Shown: positions 24,376-38,241 of the stretch, piece by piece
Numbering within the stretch: the stretch's first letter is position 1
How the letters are laid out: each line of letters starts with the position of its first letter
Assembly: GCA_038496445.1 (NCBI GenBank)
Contig: JALMLS010000593.1
Location: forward strand, 277,915-341,914
Length of the DNA stretch: 64,000 bases
Direction of reading: 5' to 3'
From: Trichosphaerium sp. ATCC 40318
Taxonomy: Eukaryota; Protista; Tubulinea
Position numbers and translations under genes: made by a program
The notes under the pieces: generated by a model
The model's database searches: none
What the model was told of the DNA's origin: nothing
The model's input: the letters and a program-made list of their open reading frames with translations, nothing else

Positions 24376-25320
24376 TATAGGGTGGTAAACTGTATTAAGC
24401 GTACCAACTTAATAGTGTACTAAACAGTAGATTGATACTTCACATAGGTATTAAGCATTTATAAGATTGAAATAGCGTTGATTGAGAAAATGAGTGATTG
24501 AAAAATGATTGCAAAAATAGTGAAAAAGTGATTGAAATAGAGCGTGATTGAATTAATTGTGAGTGATATTATATATCATTAACTAACAACTCACCATGAA
24601 TAAACAACAGCTCACCACAGAACCACATTACATCTGTGAAATGCCAAACTGCTATTACACAGAGGTTAAACCTCAAAAAAACCCATTGTACTTTGGCTAC
24701 CACTACCCGTGGAATCATTTTCAGGAGCCATTTCAACCGCCACAATACACTGAGCCTTTGAAGGCAATGCCGAGAAAATGGGACACACCACTTGGAGAAA
24801 TGAATACAAATGAATACGTTTACATATGCATTCCTAAAACGGACATTGTAACACCAAGAGGCAGAAGAGTAGTAGCCAATGATATGCGCTTTTGTCTTTG
24901 GGACATTGCTCACTTAAAGTTACACTCAATGCGCTATGGAGAAGAGATAAAACCAGGTACCTTTCTTTACAGTTTTTGCTATAGGTTGGGAAACTGTATT
25001 AAGCGTACCAACTTAACAACAAAACACACCAAAACTAACTTAAAACAACAGAAACTGGATGCCGTGTGTGTAAGAGAGGCTCTATAAATCATTCAGGTTA
25101 TATCTATGCAACATTCCAGAACGGATGTAAAAATATGAAATTCAAGTTTTAGTAAATTTCTACACTATTCAATCAAACAGCATACAAGATAACCAATACC
25201 AGCGAAGCCCAAGCGAGCCACTACCCCTGAGTTAGCTAGACACAACCTTGCTCTGGTAGCAAGGTTTGGCGTTTAATATACCACACGTTTTGCTATAGGG
25301 TGGGAAGTGTGTTAAGGGTG
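24376..25320 (+). repeat. Three dispersed direct repeats of about 37 bp (24376-24412, 24980-25016, degenerate 25288-25320)
   Basis: tatagggtggtaaactgtattaagcgtaccaacttaa versus tataggttgggaaactgtattaagcgtaccaacttaa (2 mismatches). Third copy: ttttgctatagggtgggaagtgtgttaagggtg. Confidence 0.85.
24596..25087 (+). CDS. Orphan hypothetical protein (about 138 aa if spliced: exons 24596-24956, 24985-25004, 25052-25087)
   Basis: ATG-initiated ORF containing two candidate introns (28 and 47 nt, GTACC...AG, the second with a CTAAC branch site). The spliced C-terminus reads KPGWETVLSKLDAVCVREAL*. No family recognised. Confidence 0.45.
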   Translation: MNKQQLTTEPHYICEMPNCYYTEVKPQKNPLYFGYHYPWNHFQEPFQPPQYTEPLKAMPRKWDTPLGEMNTNEYVYICIPKTDIVTPRGRRVVANDMRFCLWDIAHLKLHSMRYGEEIKPGTFLYSFCYRLGNCIKRTNLTTKHTKTNLKQQKLDAVCVREAL

Positions 25321-26233
25321 TAGCGGAATTCGTTAAGTCATTTTGACAAAATGCGCACTTAATCAGTTTTCAAGAAGTTTAAGCTTGATTACGTTGAATG
25401 AGAATGCTCGGAAACGGTAGATACAACGCATTTATTACGATTAAGCACATGTTTGCCTTTTTTACCGTGTCACTATTTTATTGACACGCAATTACAGCTT
25501 GAAAAGCGTTTATTATGTGGTTTATTGCGTAAAAGAAGCTTTAAAACGCTTGTTATGTATGACACGAAAAAATAGCAAAATTTTCTCGTCGCACAGTGCC
25601 GACCCCGTATACTTCCTTGAAGGAGCGGTCCTCATTGGCGAAATAAACGTATCTGGACAGGGTTTGAAGCTCAAAAGCGTGTGGGCACAAATTGTTTTTC
25701 CAATTTGAGAGACTACGTGAACATCTCCGCCTAAAGCACAGGTGATAGACCCCATATCAAGATTGCCCACAAGAATGTGAAGACTCGGCATTGCTAGCGG
25801 CAAGTCAAAGGTCGTAATCTGCGATTTATCAGTGCGGAGAAACTAAATAGTCGACACCCTGAATCACAAATATAAAAGTGTCAACTTCCCTCTAGTAAAA
25901 AAACAGAAAAAGTCATGTGATTTTTAACAAGAGTGCGGTCTACCTTCGCTAAACCTTGATACCCGCTCAAGGTTTACCTAGGCAACTGGAGGGCACTGCG
26001 CTCGCATGGGCTTCGCGGAGATCAATCACAAAACTGTTTACTCACGGAAACGGCTCGCTTGCGCTTCACTGGATAGATCACAACACAACAGCGCTATCTA
26101 CTTGGTATTAATTAAAAAAATTGTTTATTTACCTTCAAAAAAGCCTCAAACTCCCTCTCGCTGTACTACATATAATAATAAACACACTCTCAATTATTGT
26201 TTGAAAAAGTCTCAACTCCCACCTAGTAAAAAA

Positions 26234-26529
26234 CTGTCTAGCGAAACACTTCTGTCTTTTGTGTTTTTGGTCAACATGGTTAAAATCGAAAAAGTCTCAA
26301 ACCCCCTCTACCCAGATGGTTTTTTTTTCCCTTAATCGATATTTGCGAAAATCGTCAACACCTCAAATGCTGTCTACCGAAACACTTCCGTCTTTTGTGT
26401 TTTTGGTCAATATAATTAAAATCGAAAAAGTGTCAAACCCACTCTACCAACACCATAGATTCCATGTTTGAGTTCACTGTGTTTTTGGTCAACATAATTA
26501 AAATCAAAAAAGCGTCAAACCCACTCTAG
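26234..26529 (+). repeat. Degenerate direct repeat array (about 79-bp unit twice plus a partial 53-bp third copy)
   Basis: ctgtcta.cgaaacactt..gtcttttgtgtttttggtcaa.at..ttaaaatcgaaaaagt.tcaaaccc.ctctacc at 26234 and 26370, with the core repeated at 26477. Shorter aaaaagt.tcaa..ccc.ct. copies occur at about 25875, 26137 and 26204. Confidence 0.85.
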
Positions 26530-26612
26530 CAAACTTAACTAACTGAAGTTAAGTACAGCTTGCTATTCCTATTCATTCAGGAATCTTTTTTAGGCCTACC
26601 AACTAGCCGATT

Positions 26613-27998
26613 ATGGCGGATTTCGTTGTTGTTCTTGGCTATATTGTTGACTTGTTATTGATACTTTCAATACTTGGAGCACTTGCAACTATCGTTACTT
26701 TTACTATATTCTCTTCCATTCGAACGTACCCTATTAAACTTATCATGTATCTGTGTGTTTCTATATTCTTTTCACAATCAATTTTTTTCTTGGTGCGTAA
26801 CTTGGCGCAAATATCCGTTGATACCTTGTGCAGTTGCAAGCAATGCATAAGTCACTATCCAAATATTTTGCCTAAAACGAGTTAAATGCCTTTTATAGGT
26901 ATTCAATTTCGCTATGGACGACACGGGACCAACGATGTTTTGTGCACCTGGCGGTGCAGCGATTCATTACTTTTTTCTTTCAAACTTTTGTTGGTGTCTT
27001 TGCATTGCCTTTAACTTTTACAGAATGGTACGCAAATTTTGGTATACATGTCTCTAACACGTGAAAACAATAGATAGTTACAAGAGATAGTGCAACAAGA
27101 AGTTTAGAAAAGTACTATCACCTTGTTTCTTGGGGAATTCCTGCTCTTTTTGTATTGGCCGTTGTACGCAACCACGTGGCTTATTTCTTTGTTTGATTAC
27201 CTTGTAGGCTTCTACTGGAAATTATGGACAAACCCTGCAATGGAAAGAGGACGAGAAGCCAATAGGACAGTAAGAAAAGGCTAATACGAACCAACAATTC
27301 ACAAGTTTTAATCAGGTGCTACATTCGAAGTCCGTACGCTGTGTTAGGTGGTTTCTTCTTGCCTGGTCTGGTAGTCACTGCTGCTAATAGCGTACTGTTT
27401 TTCTTTGTGGCCTCTGAGATACATGGAACTTTATCTAAAGCACCTGATACAGAACATCGGGAACATACAAGAGTGAGTAGTACAGTCTCTGTTTTGATCA
27501 ACTTGTTTTTTATACAATTTAAGGAATTTCGAGTACTTGCCTCTATCTTTGTTACTGTCGGTATCACGTGGGTTTTTGGTTTTCTTGTTGCTGTTGTACA
27601 GAATATCAAAATACTTAAATATGTATTCTTGGTACTCTTCTCGTGTTCTTCTCCATTACAGGTACTATCGTAAGGTACTCTTATTGTTTAACTGAATGAA
27701 GGGATTCTTTATATTCGTTTGTTATTGTGTCAATAAGAAAGTTATATCACGGTGGAGAAAACTGTTTGGTAAGTGTTTACCTTGTTGCATTGAAGAAAGT
27801 GCTTCAATTAAGTCCGCGACTGCATCAACCCGTGGAGGATCAACAACTACATACACCAGGCATGGTTTCTTTCTAACTGTTGTGTTGATACTTCCCTTAG
27901 AGGACGAACTAAGACATATGTCTAACCTGTTCGCTGTAGCCTATTGTATTACTAGTATTCAAATAAAGCTATGTAGCACGAGATTATTTGAACTTTAG
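26613..27998 (+). CDS. Family-2 (secretin/adhesion)-like 7TM G-protein-coupled receptor, no N-terminal ectodomain
   Basis: TM1 starts at about residue 5. Motifs: RTYPIKLIMYLC, C....AAIHYFFLSNFCW...IAFNF, YYHLVSWGIP, ECL2 CYI, PGLVV...N..LF, GITWVFG and LQGFFIFVCYC. The 3' end is uncertain (27925-27998). Confidence 0.85.
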
Positions 27999-28480
27999 TG
28001 CTTAGCGCACTGAAAGTAGTACAGAAACACAGTGTAGACTAAACTTGTATCAGACAGTTCAATGTGAAGGACAGCTTTATTGTTTTCGACAGTTAACGAA
28101 ACTAGTTCTCGAATGAACTTAGCAAAGCCCACACAAGAAGTTGTCAAGAGAACATTGGCCAGAACTACAATCTACTACACGTTAGCACGAGGGTCTAATA
28201 AAAGGAATGACAAGTACCAGGTGTACAACTATAATCATGTATGTTCGAGGGACCCTGTACCAGCCTAGAAATGAACTCTAATGAAAGAGGCCCTCATTGT
28301 GAACTTTACGTGCTACGAACGTACACCTGTAGTATTTTACGAAACATGGAATGCACACTTGTGCGTAGCTCTGTGTGATGAAAAAGGCAAAGAAAGCAGC
28401 GAAAATGGATATTCCGTGTTTTTACTGAACCACAAGGGTCATATGTGACTTCTGTAATTTTTGTGTCGGAAGTGCTACAG

Positions 28481-31274
28481 CTAATCAAGATGGTTATTGA
28501 TTTGACTTGTCAATCGATATTCGCTCTTGTTCAAAAAAACAACCATTTATTTTACAACCTTGAACAGGATACGAGGATCTGTTGTGACACTTTGGTCTGT
28601 CTTTTCAAAGTCAACACTGTATTGTCCAGGGCGTAAATCTTCGAACGAGAAATATCCTTTTCCATCACTCATTTGAGTATCAATTGTTACAACTCTAAAC
28701 ACATCACGAGATAGATCATCTTGAACACGTTGAAGAAGTTGTACCTAGAAATAAAATTAATAAAAAATCACGTGACTGCGTAGAAGAAAACGAACCTCAA
28801 TATGAGGTATTCCTCTTTCTGGACCATCTAAAGCACCATTCGCATTCTCATCAGACCAAACAACACCGCGAACAGCAACAGGTGCATAAAGTCCAAAGTT
28901 AATCTTTTTTGTTGTACCAGATTCAACCATTGTCCTCAATGTTTTCTTAGGCGTAGAGCCATTGTATCGAGCTACATAATCACGTTCTACCTGATAGCCA
29001 TCACCTAGTTGGAAGGTCAGTAAAATAACACTAAATACCATTTGTTTTTATTAGTACCTGGCCTAACAGGATCAAAAAAGTAACAACCGTCGTAGCCAGT
29101 TGATGTTGTGTCGATAATTGTTCCGTCTTTGAATAAGGTTATTTGTATTCCAGATACTTGTAATGTGCTTCTAGATGTAGCATCATCTTGAATACCATTG
29201 GCATCCATATCTTCCCTTTTTGATAAAAGTTATTTTTATGAGATCTTCAAGAAAGAATTAAATTATCTCTCTAGCTTACCATACACATCCTTCAATTCTA
29301 GCATCTCTGTAAACGCCAATATATACTACACGGCGTTCTTCTGAGTATACGATCAAGTTTGGTACTTGTCGAGTAACAGGGTCAAGCTCGCTCACTATAA
29401 CTCGTCAGAGAAAGAAAAACAAACTATTTGTGGAAAGAAGAATGGCTCGGGATTATTTAACTTTGTTCTGTGAACGTACCAATGTCTTTCGAATTACGCT
29501 TTACAGCACGTGGTGATATAGTATATCCATCACCATTAGCACCAGAAATTTGTAGATTAGCGAAGCCAGGATGAACATTTTCGAACACAAACTTTCCTGA
29601 CGCTGTAACTGTTCTTGTTAAGTCTTGCAAAACACGAGGTTGTCTGTAGTATGCATTGGAGCGTGGGTCGAAGTTAACTGATAATTGTTCACGCCCATCG
29701 AAAATACCATTAGCATTAAGATCTTCCCAGAAGATACCTAGAGAACATTGTGAGATACGTACAAACATTATTGTGTCGTTCTGTTAAGGGAGAGAAACTT
29801 AAAAGTATAAAAATTAGGAAATTCCTTTTTTGCTTACCTTCTAATGCTGCTAGTTTATAATAACCTGCATTAAACGCTTGGACTTGACCTTCGCGTGCTC
29901 GTGCAGTGTTTCCTAGGTTATTATATGAGCAAATAACAAAGGACTCATCTGTTCAAATACTAAACCATACCAGTTGTAGGGATAACACCTGAAGCCCATT
30001 TAAGTGCAGGATCTCCTTCAATAGTGATATAAAAATCCATAGGCGTCGTAAAATTCAAGAAATCACCATCAACAAGAGTGACGGAAAATAAACCATCGGA
30101 GCCTAAAATAATGAGTGATTAGGACTCTATATGGGTCCCTAAACATTACCTGATCTACTTTCTGACTGATACTCGTTATCAATGTTAAAATGTGTCAACT
30201 TTACGCTACAAAGGTGTCAAAAAATGATTGATTATTGTCAGTTTGTTTTCACTTATCCAAAAAAAAATATTTTTATGAAATAAAAAAAGCGTACCCAGGA
30301 ATTATCTCATCGTGGTTCTCTTCGTAGACACCATTAACGTTCTTATCGTGAAACGTGATACCAATAACATCGATTGGATTATGCAAACCAAGACCAGTTT
30401 CTAGATTACATGAGTAACACGCAATGCGAAATATTATACAGTAATTAATAAATAAAAATACAAGCTAAAATAATTCGTCATGTTGTTTTTTGCGTACCCA
30501 TAACACCACCAGAATATAGATTACGCCATACATGACCATTAATGATACCATCTAAGTCTGTAAGTAACCGAACAAAACAAAAAATGACTCAAATAAAGTA
30601 AAAACTACCTTTATCTGGTATTCCTCCTTTTAATCCTTTATGTAGATCTCCTACTTCGCTTTGCATCAATCCTGCAGCTATTTTGCGTCAGTTTCTGTGA
30701 TAAATAGAGCAAACTGTCCACGTCATTTCTATCCACAAATGCGAAAATTTTTCATTCGTTTTCCTTACCTTGTGGCGTACCACCGCCTGCTGCGCTGAGT
30801 TTTCCAAGCCCGTAAACCGTTTGGTCGCCAGTATCCCTTGTAAAGTACTCTGAAAGACGGTCAGACTTGAAACTAAAGCGACACGTACTATGAAATTTAG
30901 GTGATTTGATCGGTTGATCAATACCTACTTCAGCTTCTATGTCGTAGGTTTGGCGATACTCCCTTGTATTTGCTTGGCTATTGCTGTATGCATTATTCGA
31001 TTCTCTTTTGTATTCATTATCATAGTTATTAGAGTACGTTACGTCTGTTTCGAACTCCTCGCCCTTTTTGAAAATGAAAAAACGCGCAAATACTCTATTG
31101 TGCCTCAAAAGTTATTGTATAGCTTCCTTCCATATTCGAGTCATCTCTGCGTGTGTTTGAGTATGCGCACACGCATGACAGAACTATCACCAGTCAGCAA
31201 TGTATAAATATCGCCATTGTACCTGCTAATGACAGCAGCCATATAAGTGGCCTTGCACAACAAATAAGAGTCAT
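28481..31274 (-). CDS. Secreted protein with four SdrD B-like (CnaB-type) repeats
   Basis: Signal-like start MTLICCARPLIWLLSLAVLSCVCA. Four repeat starts: GITFHDKNVNGVYE, GIFWEDLNANGIFD, GCVWEDMDANGIQD and GVVWSDENANGALD. G.Y.F..L.PG motifs follow (GKFVFENVHPG, GCYFFDPVRPG, GYFSFEDLRPGQY). Confidence 0.78.
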
Positions 31275-31684
31275 GATGGGTTGGCGGCAAATACTTCAGA
31301 AAAACAATACAAAAAAACTTAACGCAAAAAAGAAACTTAGTCCGATTTTGGTGAATAACAACTTTCTGGCACGTTTCGTAATCGGTAGTTAAAGAGCACG
31401 AAAAACAGCGCGTCAAGAAAGGCCACATTCATTCTAAAACAACCCTATGGTAACGTGAAGTTACCTGTATATCAAACATTGTCAATTGCTTCTTTATAAT
31501 TTCATACAAGTAGTAAATAGCTTTGGATAACACCTGACAATATTTAAGGTGTAGATCATTGTTTTGTTTTTTTATACATTCAGTTTTATTGACTCAAGGC
31601 AAAAAGGGTTTAATTAACTATAAACAATGTCAATACAAACACTCAACAAAAAGTTAAATGTATTTGACAACGCACCCTTTAAAA

Positions 31685-34816
<3,132 letters not shown>

Positions 34817-34959
34817 AATAAGTTTATAAACGCAAGGCTAAATTTCACTGTTTTTCAACACAACTTTTTTTTTTGAACTGCCCAATAATTTGTCGGCATA
34901 ATAAATGACCGGTGTTACTTTATATGAACTCACTATTAATAACAAGCTCACGGTTACGG

Positions 34960-36940
34960 CTATACATGTTGAACATGATGTCCTATTGGATGTGCCATTG
35001 TTGACGATCTTGCTGAGTGTCCGTGTTCTTTGTACAATGGCATGACACTAGATGTCTCATTTCTTGCTTCTAAGTACTGGTTGATTGTTGAGGAAAGGCT
35101 TTCAGTGGATCCATCCCACCAATAGGGAATAGGAATGAGCATTATACCTACAATAACTTTTAACATTTCTTGAAAATCGGTTTGTCTGACTAACCAAACT
35201 GTTTGCAGTACTGTATCTTGTTATAGTCACGTTGTTCCCTAACTGTTGCCAGCTCGAATTTTGAAGCGATATCGTAATAGTGATGTTCTCCTTGATACTC
35301 AAACCCTATGTTAGCACTTGGTACAAATACATCAATAGTAATAGCTAAATTTGCGTCGTTACTAAATCCTGGAGTGTACTCCTCAAGCACAGCCTCGTCT
35401 TCAAAAAGTTGCTTGACCTGTTGTACAAGCAACCTAAAATTAGTTAAAAACGTTCGCATGTAACACGTGGTAGTTACCATTGCCGTGACTTCTTGGAGTA
35501 GGAAGAAAACAAAGCTGGATTCCATTTGTATTGTGGATAAAGGGAATGCAACGAACTACTGAGAGATCTTGTCGATCCGGTCTGACGTACACGATACCTC
35601 AATATTAGTTTAGTCGCAGATTTAATTGTTATGTCGCACCAATGAGAAGGGTGTGTAATGTTAAGTTTTGTCTTCGTTTCTGTTAGAAACTCCAGCATGT
35701 TTTTTGGATCTTGCCAAAATCCCTTTGATTTTCTAAAAATCTATTAAGGTAATCACGTTTTAAGCAAAAGGTTAACGGACACTTGATGAATAGAATGTGT
35801 CGATAAGGGATTAATGAGAGCAAGAACTTTTTGAAGACTGCCATACCTGTAGATAATGGTTAGATTATACTTTGTAAGGACTTACTTTCTAATTAAATAT
35901 TGACCACCTCTTTTCGCCAAGTCTTTTGCTTGCACATGATTTAACACTTGAGAACCATGTCTATGTACATCTCTTTGGTATATATTCATATCTTTTAGTA
36001 ATGACCAAAGTGTTGCTTTATCATATTCCAATGCAGCTGCGCTTGTTTGTGTACCTCTACTGGTGTTAGAAATTAACAAATATTTCATGAGCGCACAATC
36101 GCTTACTATCAAGAATTCGGGTTTTGTGCCGAGCACGTGATGGTTTTTTTATATCTCTACCGTAGAGAGAATGTATAGCAGGCGATAAGATACCTCCATA
36201 GCTATAATAAATCAATATGTGTTAGATGGTGGGTTCGTACTGTAGTACAATCAAATCACGCAATCCTGCTGACATGGCCATTCTGGTAGTCACTTCCAGC
36301 CAATCACTTGCAATTTTTACATCAAGAGAGCTAGCTACATCATCAAATTTAAGGTGCTGCACGCGTATATCATTCCAGACATAGTCTGGTACGTTCCTTG
36401 ACAAAGTCAGAACATAGTTCTGTATTTCACTTACTTGAACTTCCAATGCAACCATTGATGATGAGGATATAAATACGTCATTGCTTCAAACAAAGTGTCA
36501 AACCTAATATTACTTAGATGCACGACTATGCTATTATGGAGCGCACTCGTGTAAACCAACTATTTTTCTTTGTAGTTTGGCGTAACTGACATTGTACCAG
36601 CCATCCAATATTTTGATGCCATGATGCCTTGCGTAACCTTCGAGCTCAGTACGCATGTAGCGCATTGAAGAATGCAGTACTGGTTGGCGAGATGTGGAAT
36701 CAGTGGTGACATGTGATCTATGTAATATAAGATGTATTGGACTAAAACGAGTAATAACGCACTGAAGAGGTATTTCGAAGTACTCAGCGCTATTTAACAT
36801 CAGGTTAAAGGTATAACGAGGGACACGCACAGCAAAGTGTACCTACGGTACCCATAACGCTCCTTGAGATGATTTCTAAGCGAAAAATGACATAAAACAG
36901 CCTGTGAACACAATTTGGGTAACGAAGAGCTCAAAATCAT
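34960..36940 (-). CDS. Trp-rich repeat protein with C-terminal PD-(D/E)XK/Vsr-like nuclease domain (paralog B)
   Basis: Repeats (GIKILDGWYNV; LYPHHQWLHWKF..VPDYVW; KGFWQDPKNMLEFL...LNI..PSHW...LYPQYKWNP..F) are followed by ITIDVFVPSANIGFEYQGEHHY...D..K...C...GIMLIPIPYWW. Candidate start MILSSSLPKLCSQAVLCHFSLR. Confidence 0.75.
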
Positions 36941-37141
36941 ATCAACAGACAATGTAGCCGTCAGTACGCCTCTATTGAGCGATCCAAAAAGTGTTATTTC
37001 TGAGGCTGTAACGAGTACTTAAGGGCGAAGTTGTACCACAACAGCACCACTCGAGCTGAATAAGCCATAAGCAACCATAAAAAAAATAGTTTATTGCGGT
37101 AAAACTAAATTCTCACAAATTCAATGTACAATTCAAAGAAC

Positions 37142-37911
37142 TCAAGAAAACACAGCTGCCATTGCACAAAATACAGCTGCCAGATCAATTACACCTGATA
37201 CACCGAGAGTGTATACGGCCCAACCTACACCGGCTAAAAAACTTGTCAGACAAGAAAAAAAAGAATTCTGCATACTGATGTCTGTAAAGTCGGTGTAAGG
37301 GAATATGGCTGTCCAAAATAATACACCTACGAAATAGGATACCATACCACCAGCAATTATGTAAGCGCCAATACTAGAACTTGTTAGCTTCCTTCTTCAA
37401 GTTAATAGCTCACTTGTCAACTCCTCTACTGGCCAATAAAAACAAGCCAAGCCTATTAGTGTCAGTCCAGAAGAACTTTGCCAGATAAGCTTTGAATTTA
37501 CCCAGCGAAATGTAGTACTACGGCTATTGAAAGAAATACAATACAGCCATATCCAGCAGCCTTTAAACGGCGACAATCAGCTTCTGCCTAAATAAGTGTT
37601 CAATTAAACCAGGTTGTCCCGCAGTAAACAGCTTCATACGGTAGGTACTGCCAATGATGCCAATACGCCACCAAAATCGTCACAGTTGACGTCTGTGTAA
37701 AGCACATCATCACCAAACTCATTGTAAATTTTTACGGTAGCATAGCCAGTTGTGATTTCAGTAGCTTGAACAGTTCTTTGGTATAGTGGTCCAATTGCAC
37801 TTGCAACAAAACTACCAAATGTGAGACTGCGCAAGAAATACGTTTAATGTACCCTACTACAGCTGCAATAGCTAAAAACGTGGCGAAAAACTTCCAGGCG
37901 TTGCAATACAT
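37142..37911 (-). CDS. Small multi-pass membrane protein (claudin/amastin-like tetraspan topology)
   Basis: N-terminal TM segment, a loop with two Cys (VNCDDF...DCRRLKAAG) and three to four further hydrophobic segments across 4-5 exons. Confidence 0.55.
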
Positions 37912-38241
37912 ACGGAATTGTGATTTGTGAGAAAATCACCAAAAAAGGCTAAAACTAAAAAACCCATGTTGACTTCATACCAACATTGCGTGGTTTTGTA
38001 CGTAAGTTTACAAATCAATCACGAAACACGATAAATGCTACTGGAGTCTTCATTTTCGAAAACGGAAAATATGGTCACTGCAACGATATCACGTGGCTAA
38101 ATATTTTTATTTTGTAAAACATGTGTCAAAGATACTCTGGCGGCCTACAATTTACTAGGAAAGGTTACAAATTGAAGGTATTAGTCAAAGGTACATCACT
38201 GTTTGCTACCCAGTACACTGAGATCTCCAGCGTGTTTTCAG

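Noticed and set aside
25596-25860. Possible structured RNA or group I intron-like core (GAGACTAC...TAGTC; pairings tctccgc/gcggaga, gtgggca/tgcccac, tgccga/tcggca)
   Set aside because: A few 5-7 bp complements are expected by chance in 260 nt. P, Q and J8/7 consensus elements are not recognisable. The stretch also reads as an open minus-strand frame and could be a decayed exon. An Rfam/Infernal scan would settle it.
26234-26529. CRISPR-like array
   Set aside because: The repeats are long, degenerate and irregularly spaced, the context is eukaryotic, and there are no cas genes.
28000-28480. Small gene between the GPCR and the SdrD-B gene
   Set aside because: Only short ORFs without motifs or a consistent splice model are present.
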